Origin: an uncultured delta proteobacterium
GTDB taxonomy: Bacteria > Myxococcota_A > Polyangia > Polyangiales > JAFGIB01
Assembly: GCA_963778655.1 (NCBI GenBank)
Contig: CAVZVA010000009.1
Coordinates: 736,001-800,000, forward strand
Direction of reading: 5' to 3'
DNA length: 64,000 bases
The notes beneath the pieces were generated by a model. That model did not search any database. It saw only the letters and a program-made list of their open reading frames with translations, and was not told the origin of the DNA. The stretch's first letter is position 1; the number at the start of each line of letters is the position of its first letter. A program made the translations under genes and the position numbers. Shown piece by piece: positions 1 through 10,400 of this stretch.

Positions 1-167
1 AGCTCGCGCATGAAGAAGGCCACCGGCTGGCGCTCCATGCGCGCGCGCAGCTCCTGCTGCGCCTGCAACACCTGTGCGGGACAGGCGCCGAAGGAGCCGT
101 GGTTGAGGAAGTCGACGCTCGGGTCGAGCGTCCAGTGCCGCGCGTGCTCGGAGCCGTGCTCGCTCAT
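1..167 (-). CDS. Class V PLP aminotransferase (isopenicillin N epimerase-like), 5' part only
   Basis: Manual translation: [34 protein letters not shown]...[17 protein letters not shown] is typical of this family. GAGAG RBS upstream; runs off the left edge. Confidence 0.8.
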   Translation of the reverse strand, partial: MSEHGSEHARHWTLDPSVDFLNHGSFGACPAQVLQAQQELRARMERQPVAFFMRE

Positions 168-296
168 GAAGGTTCTCTCAGTGGCATCGTGTTAGCAGCT
201 TGCAGGATCGCGGGAAGCCGACAAGGACCACAAGTGGCGCGGGCCGATCGGTGTCGCGCGTCGCGCACGCCCCGTCCCCACGCGCATTCGAGGCGC

Positions 297-665
297 TCAC
301 AGCGGCTTGGCACCCAGCGCGATCACGCTGTGGCGCGGATCGGCCGGAGCGAACAGCGCCTGCCACTGGCGCTCGGCCTCCCGCATCAGCTCCGGGCTCG
401 GCCGTTCGACCGCCACGATCGGGCCGGTGAGCACGCGCCGGCTCGCCGCAAACAGACACAGCCGCTCACCCATGCGCGCCTGTTGCGCGGCCGCCACGGG
501 GTCGGTTCCGAGCGCTCGCAGCGGCCCGAGCAGGTGCGCGCAGGCCGCCGCGTGCAGCGGCAGCCAGCCTCCCGTGCGGCGGTCGCGGACGCCCACGCAC
601 AGGTCTTGCAGCACCAGGTATTCGCTGCGGTAGGTGAGATAGAGCTTGGGGTTGCCGGCGGTCAT
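297..665 (-). CDS. Hypothetical protein
   Basis: MTAGNPKLYLTYRSEYLVLQDLCVGVRDRRTGGWL...; GGAGG RBS before ATG 665. Confidence 0.6.
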   Translation of the reverse strand: MTAGNPKLYLTYRSEYLVLQDLCVGVRDRRTGGWLPLHAAACAHLLGPLRALGTDPVAAAQQARMGERLCLFAASRRVLTGPIVAVERPSPELMREAERQWQALFAPADPRHSVIALGAKPL

Positions 666-783
666 TCGCGCCTCCGTGCAGGGCGGATCACGATGGCTGA
701 TCCGATGTTCAGTGTCAAGCCTGGGCCCGATGCACCCTGGGCCCATCGTTGCCGCGGGCCTCGCGTGGCAGAATGCGCGGCGC

Positions 784-1398
784 ATGGGCTTCTACGAACG
801 CCAGGTCCTGCCGCGCATCTTCGATCGCGTTCTGAGCAACGCCGAGATCGAGGCTTACCGCGCGCGCGCGACGCCCGGGCTGCACGGGCAGCTGGTGGAA
901 ATCGGCTTCGGCTCCGGGCTCAACCTGCCGCACTATCCGGCCGAGGTGCAGCGCGTGCTCGCGGTCGATCCCTCGGCGGTGGGCTACGGGCTCGCGCAAC
1001 GGCGCATCGCCGCGTGCCACGCCCAGGTGGACCTGGTCGCGATCGACGGCGCGCGCCTGCCGCTGGATACCGCCAGCGCCGACAGCGCGCTCAGCACGCT
1101 CACGCTGTGCTCGATTCCGGACGTGCAGGCCGCGCTCGCCGAGCTGCGGCGCGTGCTCAAGCCCGGCGGGTCGCTGCACTTCTTCGAGCACGGCCGTTCC
1201 AGCGACCCTGGCGTCGCGCGCTGGCAGGATCGGCTCAACCCGCTGCAGAAGCGCCTGGCCGGAGGCTGCCACCTCAACCGTGACATCCCCGCGCTGCTCG
1301 AGGCCGCCGGCTTCGAGCTGCAGTCGCTCGAAAACACGTACATGCGCGGCCCGCGCGTCATGACCTGCATCTACGAAGGCCGCGCGCTCTCGCCCTAG
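784..1398 (+). CDS. Class I SAM-dependent methyltransferase
   Basis: VEIGFGSGLN motif I, TLCSIPD, LRRVLKPGG, GGCHLNRDI; start at MGFYERQVLPR. Confidence 0.9.
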   Translation: MGFYERQVLPRIFDRVLSNAEIEAYRARATPGLHGQLVEIGFGSGLNLPHYPAEVQRVLAVDPSAVGYGLAQRRIAACHAQVDLVAIDGARLPLDTASADSALSTLTLCSIPDVQAALAELRRVLKPGGSLHFFEHGRSSDPGVARWQDRLNPLQKRLAGGCHLNRDIPALLEAAGFELQSLENTYMRGPRVMTCIYEGRALSP

Positions 1399-1407
1399 AG
1401 CGGCCGC

Positions 1408-2232
1408 TCACGCGTCCGGGCGTTCGGCGAACAGCCTGAGCGGATCGCGCAGCCTGCCGTGCTCGCGATACTCGAAGTGCAGGTGCGAGCCGCGTGCCAC
1501 GCCGGTGTGGCCGACCTCGCCCACCACCTGCCCGCGCTTCACGTGCTGCCCCGCGAACACGTAGATCGCGCGGCAGTGCCCGTAGGCCGCGACCGAGCCG
1601 TCGGGGTGAATCGTCACCAGCAGGTTGCCGTAGCCGTGCACGCCGTTGTCGCTGTAGCCGACGATGCCGCTCTTGACCGCGCGGATCAGCGCGCCTTCGG
1701 GCGCACCGATGTCCACGCCCTTGTGGCGATGGTGAAAGCCGCTCTTGGTGCGATGCGGGCGCTGCAGCCCGCGCCACACCGAGCCTTGCTCTACCGGCCA
1801 CAACAGCGTCTCGTCGTTTGGCTCGCCCGCGGCCTCGATCCACTCGGGCTTGGGCGACTCGAACAGCAGATCGCCCGCGGCTGTGAGCGTGCCGAGCCCG
1901 AGCCGCTTGGCCAGCGCGGCTTCCTCGCCGTGCGGAAGCGGCACCTTGCGCGGGCCCTGACAGAAGCCCTTGCGCCGGCCCTTGCGCGCGCACTCGCGCC
2001 CGTGTGAGGGCATCCAGTCGTGCGGCACCACGACCGCGTCCGCGGAGTCGGCAGCCGCCGAGTCGGCCGGATCGCGCCGGCTGCTAGAGCGCTTCGCGCT
2101 GGCGCTGTCACGGCTGGGGCTCGCGACCGCGAGCACGCTAGGCTCGGAGCGACCAACTACGGGCCAGATCGCCAGGCCCAGGCCTAGCACCACCACTACC
2201 GCACAGCGCACACGGCAATCTCGGCTATCCAC
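1408..2232 (-). CDS. M23 family metallopeptidase
   Basis: HKGVDI (HxxxD), YGH and HLHFE (HxH) motifs; N-terminal hydrophobic segment. Confidence 0.9.
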   Translation of the reverse strand: MDSRDCRVRCAVVVVLGLGLAIWPVVGRSEPSVLAVASPSRDSASAKRSSSRRDPADSAAADSADAVVVPHDWMPSHGRECARKGRRKGFCQGPRKVPLPHGEEAALAKRLGLGTLTAAGDLLFESPKPEWIEAAGEPNDETLLWPVEQGSVWRGLQRPHRTKSGFHHRHKGVDIGAPEGALIRAVKSGIVGYSDNGVHGYGNLLVTIHPDGSVAAYGHCRAIYVFAGQHVKRGQVVGEVGHTGVARGSHLHFEYREHGRLRDPLRLFAERPDA

Positions 2233-2400
2233 AGAGCCCCGTCAAGACGCCCAGCCGCGCATTCGCGTGCGCGTCCAGCGTCTCCCTCGGGAGGATGCAA
2301 CAGGAAGTCGGGGAGCTCGGGAAGTGCCGCCTTCACCTGACTTGCCGCCTTGCGCGCGTCCGCGATCCGCTCGATTCGCGAGCGCGCGCTCGGTGCGGCG

Positions 2401-3849
2401 TCAGTCCACTTTGCGCAATAGCTCCAGGAACTTCTTCGGCCCCATGAAACCGGTCACCCGCGCGACTTCGTGCCCGGAGTGATCGTGCAGCACCACCAGC
2501 GGCAAGCCGCGCTGGTTGTAGCTGCGCAGCAGCGCCTGCTTCTTCGGCGTGTCCTTGCCTGGAGACAGATCCACGTGTACCGGCACGAAGCGCTGGCCTT
2601 CGCGCACCACGCGTGCGTCCGAGAAGGTCTCGCGGTCGAGCTCGCCGCACGCACCGCACCAGGACGCGCCGAAGTCGACCAGCATTGGCCGATTGCTGGC
2701 AAGCGCGAGCTGTTGCGCCGTGGAGTAGTCGTCGAGCCACTTGATGCGGGCGCCCGGCGGCAGCGCAATCAAGAAGCCGACCACGCCGCTCAGCCCCGCG
2801 ACCGAGAGCGCGATGCCCGCGCTCTTGCGAATGCGCACCGACAGCGGCGTGTGGTGGAAGCTCAGGTGCACGCCTCCGATCGCCGCGCCGGCCGCGAACA
2901 GCCCGAGCGCGCCGAGCAAGAACGGGGTGGTGTGGTGCGCCAGACCCATCAGCCCCGGGATCAGGTCGCGCACGAAGTACAACGCGGCGGTGAGCATCAC
3001 GATGCCGAACACGCCCTTGACGCCCTCCAGCCAGTTTCCCGACTTCGGCAGCGACATCGAGAAGGTGCCGACCAGGAAGAACAGCAGCCCGAGCCCCATC
3101 GAGTAGGAGAAGAAGGCGAGCGCGCCAAACACCACGTTGCGCGTGGTGCCGACCCAGGTCAGCAGAAAGCCCACCACCGGACCGGTGCAGGGGGCGGCGA
3201 TCAGTGAGCTGGCCAGGCCGAGCACGAACGCGCCCTTGAGCCCGTCGCCGCCGGCCATCGCCAGCCGGTTCTTGAGCCCGGAGGGCAGGTCGAGCTCGAA
3301 CGCGCCGAACATCGAGGCCGCCAGCGCGATGAAGAACAACGCCAGCCCGCACAGCACGATCGGGTTGGCGAGCTGGCTGCCGAAGACGTTGCCCGACAGC
3401 GCCGCCACCACGCCCAGCGGCGTGAACAGCGCGGCGATGCCGAGCACGAACGCGGTCGAAAGCTTCGCGGCGGCCAGCTTGCTGGTCGCCTGGCGCGCGC
3501 CGAACACGCTCACCGTGATCACGATCATCGGGTACACGCAGGGCGTCAGGGAGGTCGCCACCCCGGCGCCGAAGGCCAGGGCCAGGGCAGTCAGCCAGCT
3601 GCCTGACTGCAGGGCATGGCGCAGCGGCGCCTCCAGATTGGAGAGCGCGTCCGCGCGGGCGGTCGAGGCGGCCAGCGCCAGCCCGAGCAGCGCCAGGCCG
3701 GCGCTGAGGGCAAGCAACTGGGGTTGCAAGCCCCCAGACCGTCCCCGCTTGGGGGTGCGCGGCCACAGCCCGAGGCGAGGCGCGGTCCTGGATTCTCCCG
3801 TAATTTCGAGGCTGGAGGGCGCGTGGTGGCTGGTCCGTATCTTGCTCAT
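2401..3849 (-). CDS. dsbD: DsbD-type protein-disulfide reductase (membrane domain plus thioredoxin domain)
   Basis: SLTPCVYPM and AAPCTGP membrane cysteines; C-terminal DFGASWCGAC and RGLP. Start codon uncertain. Confidence 0.88.
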   Translation of the reverse strand: MSKIRTSHHAPSSLEITGESRTAPRLGLWPRTPKRGRSGGLQPQLLALSAGLALLGLALAASTARADALSNLEAPLRHALQSGSWLTALALAFGAGVATSLTPCVYPMIVITVSVFGARQATSKLAAAKLSTAFVLGIAALFTPLGVVAALSGNVFGSQLANPIVLCGLALFFIALAASMFGAFELDLPSGLKNRLAMAGGDGLKGAFVLGLASSLIAAPCTGPVVGFLLTWVGTTRNVVFGALAFFSYSMGLGLLFFLVGTFSMSLPKSGNWLEGVKGVFGIVMLTAALYFVRDLIPGLMGLAHHTTPFLLGALGLFAAGAAIGGVHLSFHHTPLSVRIRKSAGIALSVAGLSGVVGFLIALPPGARIKWLDDYSTAQQLALASNRPMLVDFGASWCGACGELDRETFSDARVVREGQRFVPVHVDLSPGKDTPKKQALLRSYNQRGLPLVVLHDHSGHEVARVTGFMGPKKFLELLRKVD

Positions 3850-3909
3850 GATCACCTGGCTACTCGGATTTGCGGTGAACGCCACAGGCGTAACCGGAGG
3901 ATGGGGCGA

Positions 3910-6180
3910 ATGCACAAGACGAAGCTGGCAGTCCGCTTTCTCTTAATGTCCGGAGGCGCCGGTCTCTTCATCGGCTGCCAGAACAATGCGAGCAGCCACG
4001 GCGTGTTGCCCGGGGTCGACGGCATGGTGTTCGCCAAGCGCGCGTACCTAACCAAGGACGGCTCGCAGGACGTTGCCGGGGGTGCGGGGCAGGTCATCGA
4101 CTACCTGCGGTACGAGCCGGGCGGCGGCGTCTTCACGCTGAATCCACCAGCACCCGACGGAACGTTACGCAACCTGACCGCCTCCTTCAAGGACGTGGAC
4201 ATCGCGGGTCTCGACCTGTCCTTCGACGCCAAGCAGGTCACCTTCGCGATGCGGCACAAGGACGACGACGGCCACTATCACATCTATACCGCGGCCGTGG
4301 ACGGCAGCTCGCGGCCCAAGCAGCTCACCTTCGGGCCGTATGACGACGTACGGCCGATCTACGTGCCAGGCAAGCGCATCGCGTTCGTCACCAACGAGGG
4401 TTACACCGAGATGGGCACGCGCGCCGACGAGTACAACCACGGGCGCGTGGTGACGCAGCTGGCCACCGTCTCGAGCGAGTCCGGCGATGCCGATCGGCAG
4501 CTGTGCTCGCAGAGCCTGTCGCACGCCGCCGACCCGTTTCTGATGAGCGACGGCACGGTCGGCTACTCGCGCTGGGAGCACCTGGGCCCGGTCAACGACG
4601 TCAAGCTGTTTCACATGAATCCGGACTGCACCAGCATGACCGCGGTCGCGGGCCAGCACGGCAAGGACTTCAACAGCATCGTGCAGGTGCACGAGGTGTC
4701 GGCGGGCGTGCTGATCGGCATCGGCACCGACCGCGAGGGCACGATCCAGGCCGGCGCGATCATGAAGATCGACACCCGCGCGCCCTCGACCATCGCCAAG
4801 GTTGACGAGCAGACCGCGCGCTTCACCTCGCTCACGCCGCAGGTGCCGACCGGCCGTGGCGAGGTGGTGCCGGCCGGCGTCGGCCGCTACCGCACGCCCT
4901 ACCAGCTCGAGCCCGGCAAGCTGCTGGTCTCGTGGGCCAACGGCGACGTCAGCGATCGGCTCGAGATCGCCGACACCGCGCCCAAGTTCGGCATCTACCT
5001 GCTCGACCAGAAGAGCGGCCAGCGCGTGCGCGTCTACGACGACCCCAAGACCTGGGATCTGTACGCGCTGCCGCTGCGCGCGCGCGACGAGCCGCCGGTG
5101 CGCAGCAGCCGCATCGACGCGCCTTCCGATCCCAGCCAGAGCGGGTTCAGCGCGGAGGCCGCGGTGCTCGGCTCGATCGATGTCGCCGACACCTCGCTCG
5201 ACGAGCAGGTCCAGGGCGGCCAGTTCGAGCAGCCGGTCGCGCTGGGCGAGGCGCTCAAGCAGACCGAGAAGGTGCGCATCATCGAGGGCTTCTCCTCGGA
5301 GATCGGCCCCGTCCGCATGTTCGGCCTGACCATGCACGAGGGCGCCGCGATTCTGGGCGAGGTCCCCGTGCAGCCCGACCGCTCCTGGGAAGCGCACGTG
5401 GTGCCGTACCTACCGTACCACCTGCAGCCGATCGACCGCTTCGGTCTGGCGATCCGCAGCGAGGGGCTGTGGATCCAGGCGATGCCGGGCGAGAACCGTA
5501 CCTGCGGCGGCTGCCACGAGTCGCGCAGCGAGGCCTCGGTGGCCACCCAGGGCGCGACGCTGGCGCAGCAGCTGCCGCTCGACCACAAGGACTACTCGCA
5601 GGTGGCGGTCGCCGACCGCATCGAGCTGCCCTGGTACGGCGCCAAGAGCGGGCCGAACGTGCAGGACGTGTTCGACGCCAAGTGCGTGTCGTGCCACGAC
5701 GGCGGCGCCAACGACCCCTTCGCGGGGCGTTCGTACACGGTCACCATTCCGCCTCCGCTCGACGATCCGTCGCAGGGCGAGCTGACCTACCAGATCCCCT
5801 ATCTCAAGCTGACCCGCGATCCGATCGACACCTATTACGAGAAGGACACGGTGAGCTATCCGGCCTCGTACGTCACGCTGCTCTACCCGTCGGCGATGAT
5901 GGGCGAGATGCAGGTGACGGGCGACGTGCCCGATCCGCCCTGGGTGGTTCCCGCGTCGGCGCGCTCGAGCCGCCTGATCCAGAAGATCAACGCCACCCCG
6001 AGCGACGACCGCGCCGGCACTGAGTGGGCCTGGTCCACGCCGCCGCACCCCGAGGACGTGGGCGTCTCGCTCACGCCCGAAGAGCGCCTGACGCTGATCC
6101 GCATGGCGGATCTCGGCGGGCAGTACTACTCGCGCCGCAACGTGGATAGTGCCAGCGCCTATTCCATGCAGGGGAACTGA
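3910..6180 (+). CDS. Hydrazine synthase alpha (HzsA)-like di-haem lipoprotein with TolB-like beta-propeller
   Basis: Lipobox FIGC; propeller-like repeats (DLSFDAKQVTFAM, QLTFGPYDDVRP); GEVPVQPDRSW...PGENRTCGGCHE; second motif CVSCH. Alternative ATG at 3901. Family recognised from motifs only. Confidence 0.75.
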   Translation: MHKTKLAVRFLLMSGGAGLFIGCQNNASSHGVLPGVDGMVFAKRAYLTKDGSQDVAGGAGQVIDYLRYEPGGGVFTLNPPAPDGTLRNLTASFKDVDIAGLDLSFDAKQVTFAMRHKDDDGHYHIYTAAVDGSSRPKQLTFGPYDDVRPIYVPGKRIAFVTNEGYTEMGTRADEYNHGRVVTQLATVSSESGDADRQLCSQSLSHAADPFLMSDGTVGYSRWEHLGPVNDVKLFHMNPDCTSMTAVAGQHGKDFNSIVQVHEVSAGVLIGIGTDREGTIQAGAIMKIDTRAPSTIAKVDEQTARFTSLTPQVPTGRGEVVPAGVGRYRTPYQLEPGKLLVSWANGDVSDRLEIADTAPKFGIYLLDQKSGQRVRVYDDPKTWDLYALPLRARDEPPVRSSRIDAPSDPSQSGFSAEAAVLGSIDVADTSLDEQVQGGQFEQPVALGEALKQTEKVRIIEGFSSEIGPVRMFGLTMHEGAAILGEVPVQPDRSWEAHVVPYLPYHLQPIDRFGLAIRSEGLWIQAMPGENRTCGGCHESRSEASVATQGATLAQQLPLDHKDYSQVAVADRIELPWYGAKSGPNVQDVFDAKCVSCHDGGANDPFAGRSYTVTIPPPLDDPSQGELTYQIPYLKLTRDPIDTYYEKDTVSYPASYVTLLYPSAMMGEMQVTGDVPDPPWVVPASARSSRLIQKINATPSDDRAGTEWAWSTPPHPEDVGVSLTPEERLTLIRMADLGGQYYSRRNVDSASAYSMQGN

Positions 6181-6187
6181 GGTCACC

Positions 6188-7270
6188 ATGAGCAATCCAA
6201 GCGACAAAGGCACGAACGGCTCGCGAGGGTGTGGATCTCGTGCTGAGCAGCGATCACGTTTCGTTCGAGAATTGCTGCGGAACGCGGCCCCGCGTGGGGA
6301 GGGGCGGCGCGTGCCACCCCTGCTGAAAAGAGCAGGGTCTGGCCCTGCCGAATCAGCGCGTGGTGATCAGCACGAGAGCCAGACCCGCTCGCGACTGACC
6401 TGGCTGCTGTGGTTGGGAGCGGCCTTGCTGCCACTCGGCGTGCACGCCGACAGCAGCAAGATCAACGTGGTCTACGACCAGAAACGGGGCGAGCTGAGCC
6501 CGGGCACGCAAGCGCCGACGCTGGAGCAGATGATGAACGCGATTCGCGCCGGGTCGCCCACGGCGCTCACCGCCACGCTGGAGTACGGCCAGCGCGTCGA
6601 GTGCCTGGAGTGCATCCCGCTGCTCGAGCAGAAGCTGCTCGACAGCGGCACCCCCAAGGTGCGCGAGATCGCGGCGTGGTGGTTGCGCCAGCGGCCGTTC
6701 GGCTACGGGCGCGTGGCGGTGGCGATGCGGCGGACCGTGGCGCAGGACCCCGATGCGGTGCGGCGCAGCCGCGCGGCCGAGGCGCTCGGCGAGTTTCTCG
6801 ACGTGGGCGGGCTGCCCGCGCTCGAGCAGGCCGCGATGGAGGACAGCTCGGCTCAGGTGCGGCTGTCGGCCGTGCGCGCGCTCGGCAGGCTCAACGCGCG
6901 CGAAGGCCAGGCGGTGCTGGCCGCGGCCTTCGAGGACCAGGACGCCAGCGTGCGCCGCGCGGCGCTCGATCAGGTGCTGCTGGTCAACCAGTTCGCCGAC
7001 ACCGACGCGATCGCCGCGCGCCTGCAGGACGCGGACCCGCAGGTGCGCCTGCGCGCGGCCCAGCTGGTGGGACAGATGGGCGTGCCGGCGTCGGTGGGCA
7101 CGCTGGCCGACATGCTGCAGCACGATGCGGCGGCCCCGGTGCGTCAGGCCGCGGCGTGGTCGTTGGGGCGGCTCGGCGGCGCGGCCTCCGACCTGCGCGC
7201 AGCGCGCAGCAAGGAGACGGACCCGTCGGTGCTCGACGCGATCGAGGTCGCGCTGCGCATGAGCCCGTGA
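6188..7270 (+). CDS. Exported HEAT-repeat protein with CxxC motif
   Basis: GAGG RBS before ATG 6188; HEAT repeats (RRSRAAEALG, VRLSAVRALG, VRQAAAWSLG); VECLECIP; signal h-region LTWLLWLGAALLPLGVHA. Confidence 0.8.
   Translation: MSNPSDKGTNGSRGCGSRAEQRSRFVRELLRNAAPRGEGRRVPPLLKRAGSGPAESARGDQHESQTRSRLTWLLWLGAALLPLGVHADSSKINVVYDQKRGELSPGTQAPTLEQMMNAIRAGSPTALTATLEYGQRVECLECIPLLEQKLLDSGTPKVREIAAWWLRQRPFGYGRVAVAMRRTVAQDPDAVRRSRAAEALGEFLDVGGLPALEQAAMEDSSAQVRLSAVRALGRLNAREGQAVLAAAFEDQDASVRRAALDQVLLVNQFADTDAIAARLQDADPQVRLRAAQLVGQMGVPASVGTLADMLQHDAAAPVRQAAAWSLGRLGGAASDLRAARSKETDPSVLDAIEVALRMSP
6221..6394. mobile_element. Palindromic MITE-like element inserted in frame in the HEAT gene
   Basis: Imperfect terminal inverted repeats TCGCGAGGGTGTGGATCTCGTGCTGA / TCAGCACGAGAGCCAGACCCGCTCGCGA, TCGCGA at both ends, several internal hairpins. 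Confidence 0.65.
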
Positions 7271-7289
7271 CAGGCGGCGGCGCGGACGC

Positions 7290-7344
7290 GAGCACGACGG
7301 TGCCTGCGACTCGAGCACGACTACGACTCCACGAGCACGAGCAC
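7290..7344. repeat. Degenerate hexamer-period repeat (GAGCAC/GACTAC)
   Basis: gagcacgac...gagcacgactacgac...gagcacgagcac just after the HEAT stop codon. Confidence 0.5.
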
Positions 7345-7430
7345 TGGTGATGCGATCGTGGAACTGAGGTGCGAGGGAGTGTGAGCAGGTAGCTCTCCTT
7401 CGCTCCAGGTCAACCTGATACCCTTGCGCG

Positions 7431-10400
7431 ATGAGCTTGAACGCTCGGAACATCGGCTGGTGCGCACCCTGGTTGCTCGCCCTGAGCGCGTGTCAGGCGC
7501 CGCAGCACAAGCCGTTCTCCTACTATGAGGAACGCATCCAGCCGATCATCGACATCGGCTGCCAGCGACAGACCACCGGCTGCCACGTCGATGACGGGCA
7601 CGGCTTTGCGCTCGGCAACCTGGATCTGACCAGCTACGACCACCTGATGCACCGCAGCGACGTGCTGGAGCCTTACGGGCCTTACTCGGTCGGACTGCTG
7701 CTGCTCAAGGCCGGCGGACCGATCCAGGTCCAGGTGCGGACCGTCGATCCCCCCGATCCCGCGCAGCCCGATCGCCGCTACGTCACCGTCACCACCGACA
7801 TCCGCCACGGCGGCGGCGAAGGCGCGATCGCGCAGGGCTCGGACGACTACGCGGCGCTCAAGCAGTGGATCGACGGCGGGCACACGTACAACGGCGTGCC
7901 GCAGCCCGATCTGCGCGAGAGCATCGGCTCCTGCGTGGAGAGCGCGCCGGGCGTGGATCTCGACACGGCGCCCGATCTGGGCGACCCAACCTCGCTCGAC
8001 CGCTTCGTCAACAGCGTGCAGCCGGTGCTGCTCAAGCGCTGCGCGGGCTCCAGCTGCCACGGATCGCAGACCGCCGACCTGTTCCTGACCTGCGGCAAAG
8101 ACGATCGCCAGCAGCGCTGGAACTACTGGGTGGCGACGCGCTACCTGAGCGAGCAGGCGGTGGTCAGCGAGCTGATCCGGCGCCCGTTGGCGCTGCGTGG
8201 CGGCGGCGTGTACCACGAGGGTGGCGACATCTTTCCGGACACCAGCGACCGCGACTACAAGGCGATCCTGGCGTGGGCGCAGGACCTGAGCAAGCGCAAG
8301 CCCGAGCTGTTGCAGTGGCAGCCCGGCTCCGACGAGGAGGGGTTGCGCTTCTTCGCCAACCGCGTGCAGCCGCTGTTCGTGCGCAAGGGCTGCATGTTCC
8401 TGGCCTGCCACTCGCCGGCGATGTTTCACGACCTGCGACTGCGCGGCGGCGCGCGCGGCGAGTTTTCGGAGATCTCGACGCGGCACAACTACCGCATCTC
8501 GCGGCTGATGCTCGCGCTCGAATCCACCGATCCCAACGACAGCCGGCTGCTGGCCAAGAACCTGTGTCCGCCGGCCAGCGGCGGACGCGGCATCAAGCAC
8601 CGCGGCGGCGCGCTGTTCGAGGACTTCGGTGGCTGCGGCGACCCGCAGACCCAGGCATCGGTCGACAAGTGCCAGGGCGTCGATGCCGACAACGGCGATC
8701 TCAATAGCATTCCGGCCTACTGCGTGTTCGCGCGCTGGCAGGCGATCGAGCGCGAGCAGGCGATCGGGCGCGGAGAGATCGATCCCGACCCGGGTCCACG
8801 CGCGGCGGTGTGGGTGATGCGCCCCGAGGGCATCGGCGGCCCGACCGAGTTCGACGCCTACAAGCCGGGCGCGGACCTGCTGCTGGCCGACGCCACGGTG
8901 GACGCGGACCAGCACCTGCACCTCGGCGACCCGCGCAGCCTGCTCGCCGGCTGCGGTCTGACTCCACCGGTCGACGTGCGCGGCCCGGCGGTGTCGTGGG
9001 ATGGCAAGCTGATCGCGTTCGCGGCGCGCGCGGCACAGGACGCGCCGCTGCGGCTGTACCAGATGAACGCGGACGGCAGCGATTGCGCGCCGCTGCAAGG
9101 CGTGGCGCCGGACGCCGATAGCGACCAGGGCATCCTGCTGCACGACTTCGATCCAGCCTACGCGCCGGACGGGCGGCTGGTGTTCGCCTCGACCCGCGGC
9201 TACCTGGACGGTGAGTCGGGGCTGCGTGGCCCCACGCGCACGCCCGCAGCGCTCGAGCCCAACGCGAATCTGTACGTGTTCGACGCGAACGGGCAGCCGC
9301 AGGTCCGCCAGTTGACCTACCTGCTCAACCAGGAGCTGCAGCCGAGCTTCATGGCCGACGGCCGCTTGATCTTCAGCGCCGAGAAGCGCGCCCAGGATTT
9401 CCACCAGCTGGCGGGCCGGCGCCTGAACCTCGACGGCGGCGATTACCACCCGCTGTTCGCGCAGCGCCCGTCGGTCGGCTTCGAGTCCGCGACCGAGATT
9501 GTCGAGCTGCCCAATCGCGATTTCGCGCTGGTGGCGGCGCCGCTCGGCGCGACCGACGGTGGCGGCACGATCGCGATCGTCAACCGCTCGATCGGCCCCG
9601 ACCAGGACGACCGCGATCCCGCGGACAAGGCTTACATTCACTCGCTGACCACGCCGGCGCCCGGCGCCTTCGGCGGCGACAGCGGCATCTTCCGCTCGCC
9701 CGCGCCGCTGCCGACCGGGCGCATCCTGGCGGCCTGCGACCTGCAGGCCACCGATCTATCCGCGGGCTCGCCTCACTACGGCCTGTGCGAGCTCGACCCC
9801 AGCGGCGTGGAGCCGCCCCGCCTGCTCTACAGCGAGCCCGATCGGGTCGCGCTCGAGCCGGCTGCGGTCTACGCGCGCGTGCCCCACCTGTACCAGTCGC
9901 GCCCGGACGAGCCCAACGGCAGCACGCGCGTGGAGTCAGGGCAGAGCGATGCCGTGGTGCACTACCTGGATCTGCCGCTGCTCGGCACGCTGCTGTTTTC
10001 CAACACGCGCGTGGGCCGGCCGATCGATTCGCGCGTCAAGGGGATCGAGCTGCTGCAGCCGCAGCCCCCCCCGGCCGGCGCGCAGAGCTTCGACGAGATC
10101 GGCTCCGGCGTGGCCAGCGATCGCTACGGCCGATTCTACCAGTCGCTGCGCTCGCTGGGGAAAGCGAACGTGCACCCGGACGGCTCGCTGCGGGTGCGGG
10201 TTCCGGGCGGGACGCCGCTCACGCTGCAGCTCGTGGACGGCGATGGCAAGGCGCTCTCATTCGAGGACGGCGCCCCCTTCAGTGGGCCGATGCGCCAGCG
10301 CGAGACCACGCAGTTCTATCCGGGCGAGCGGCTGAAGCAGTCGATGCAACGCCACCTGTTCAACGGGCTGTGTGCGGGTTGCCACGGCTCGATCAGTGGC

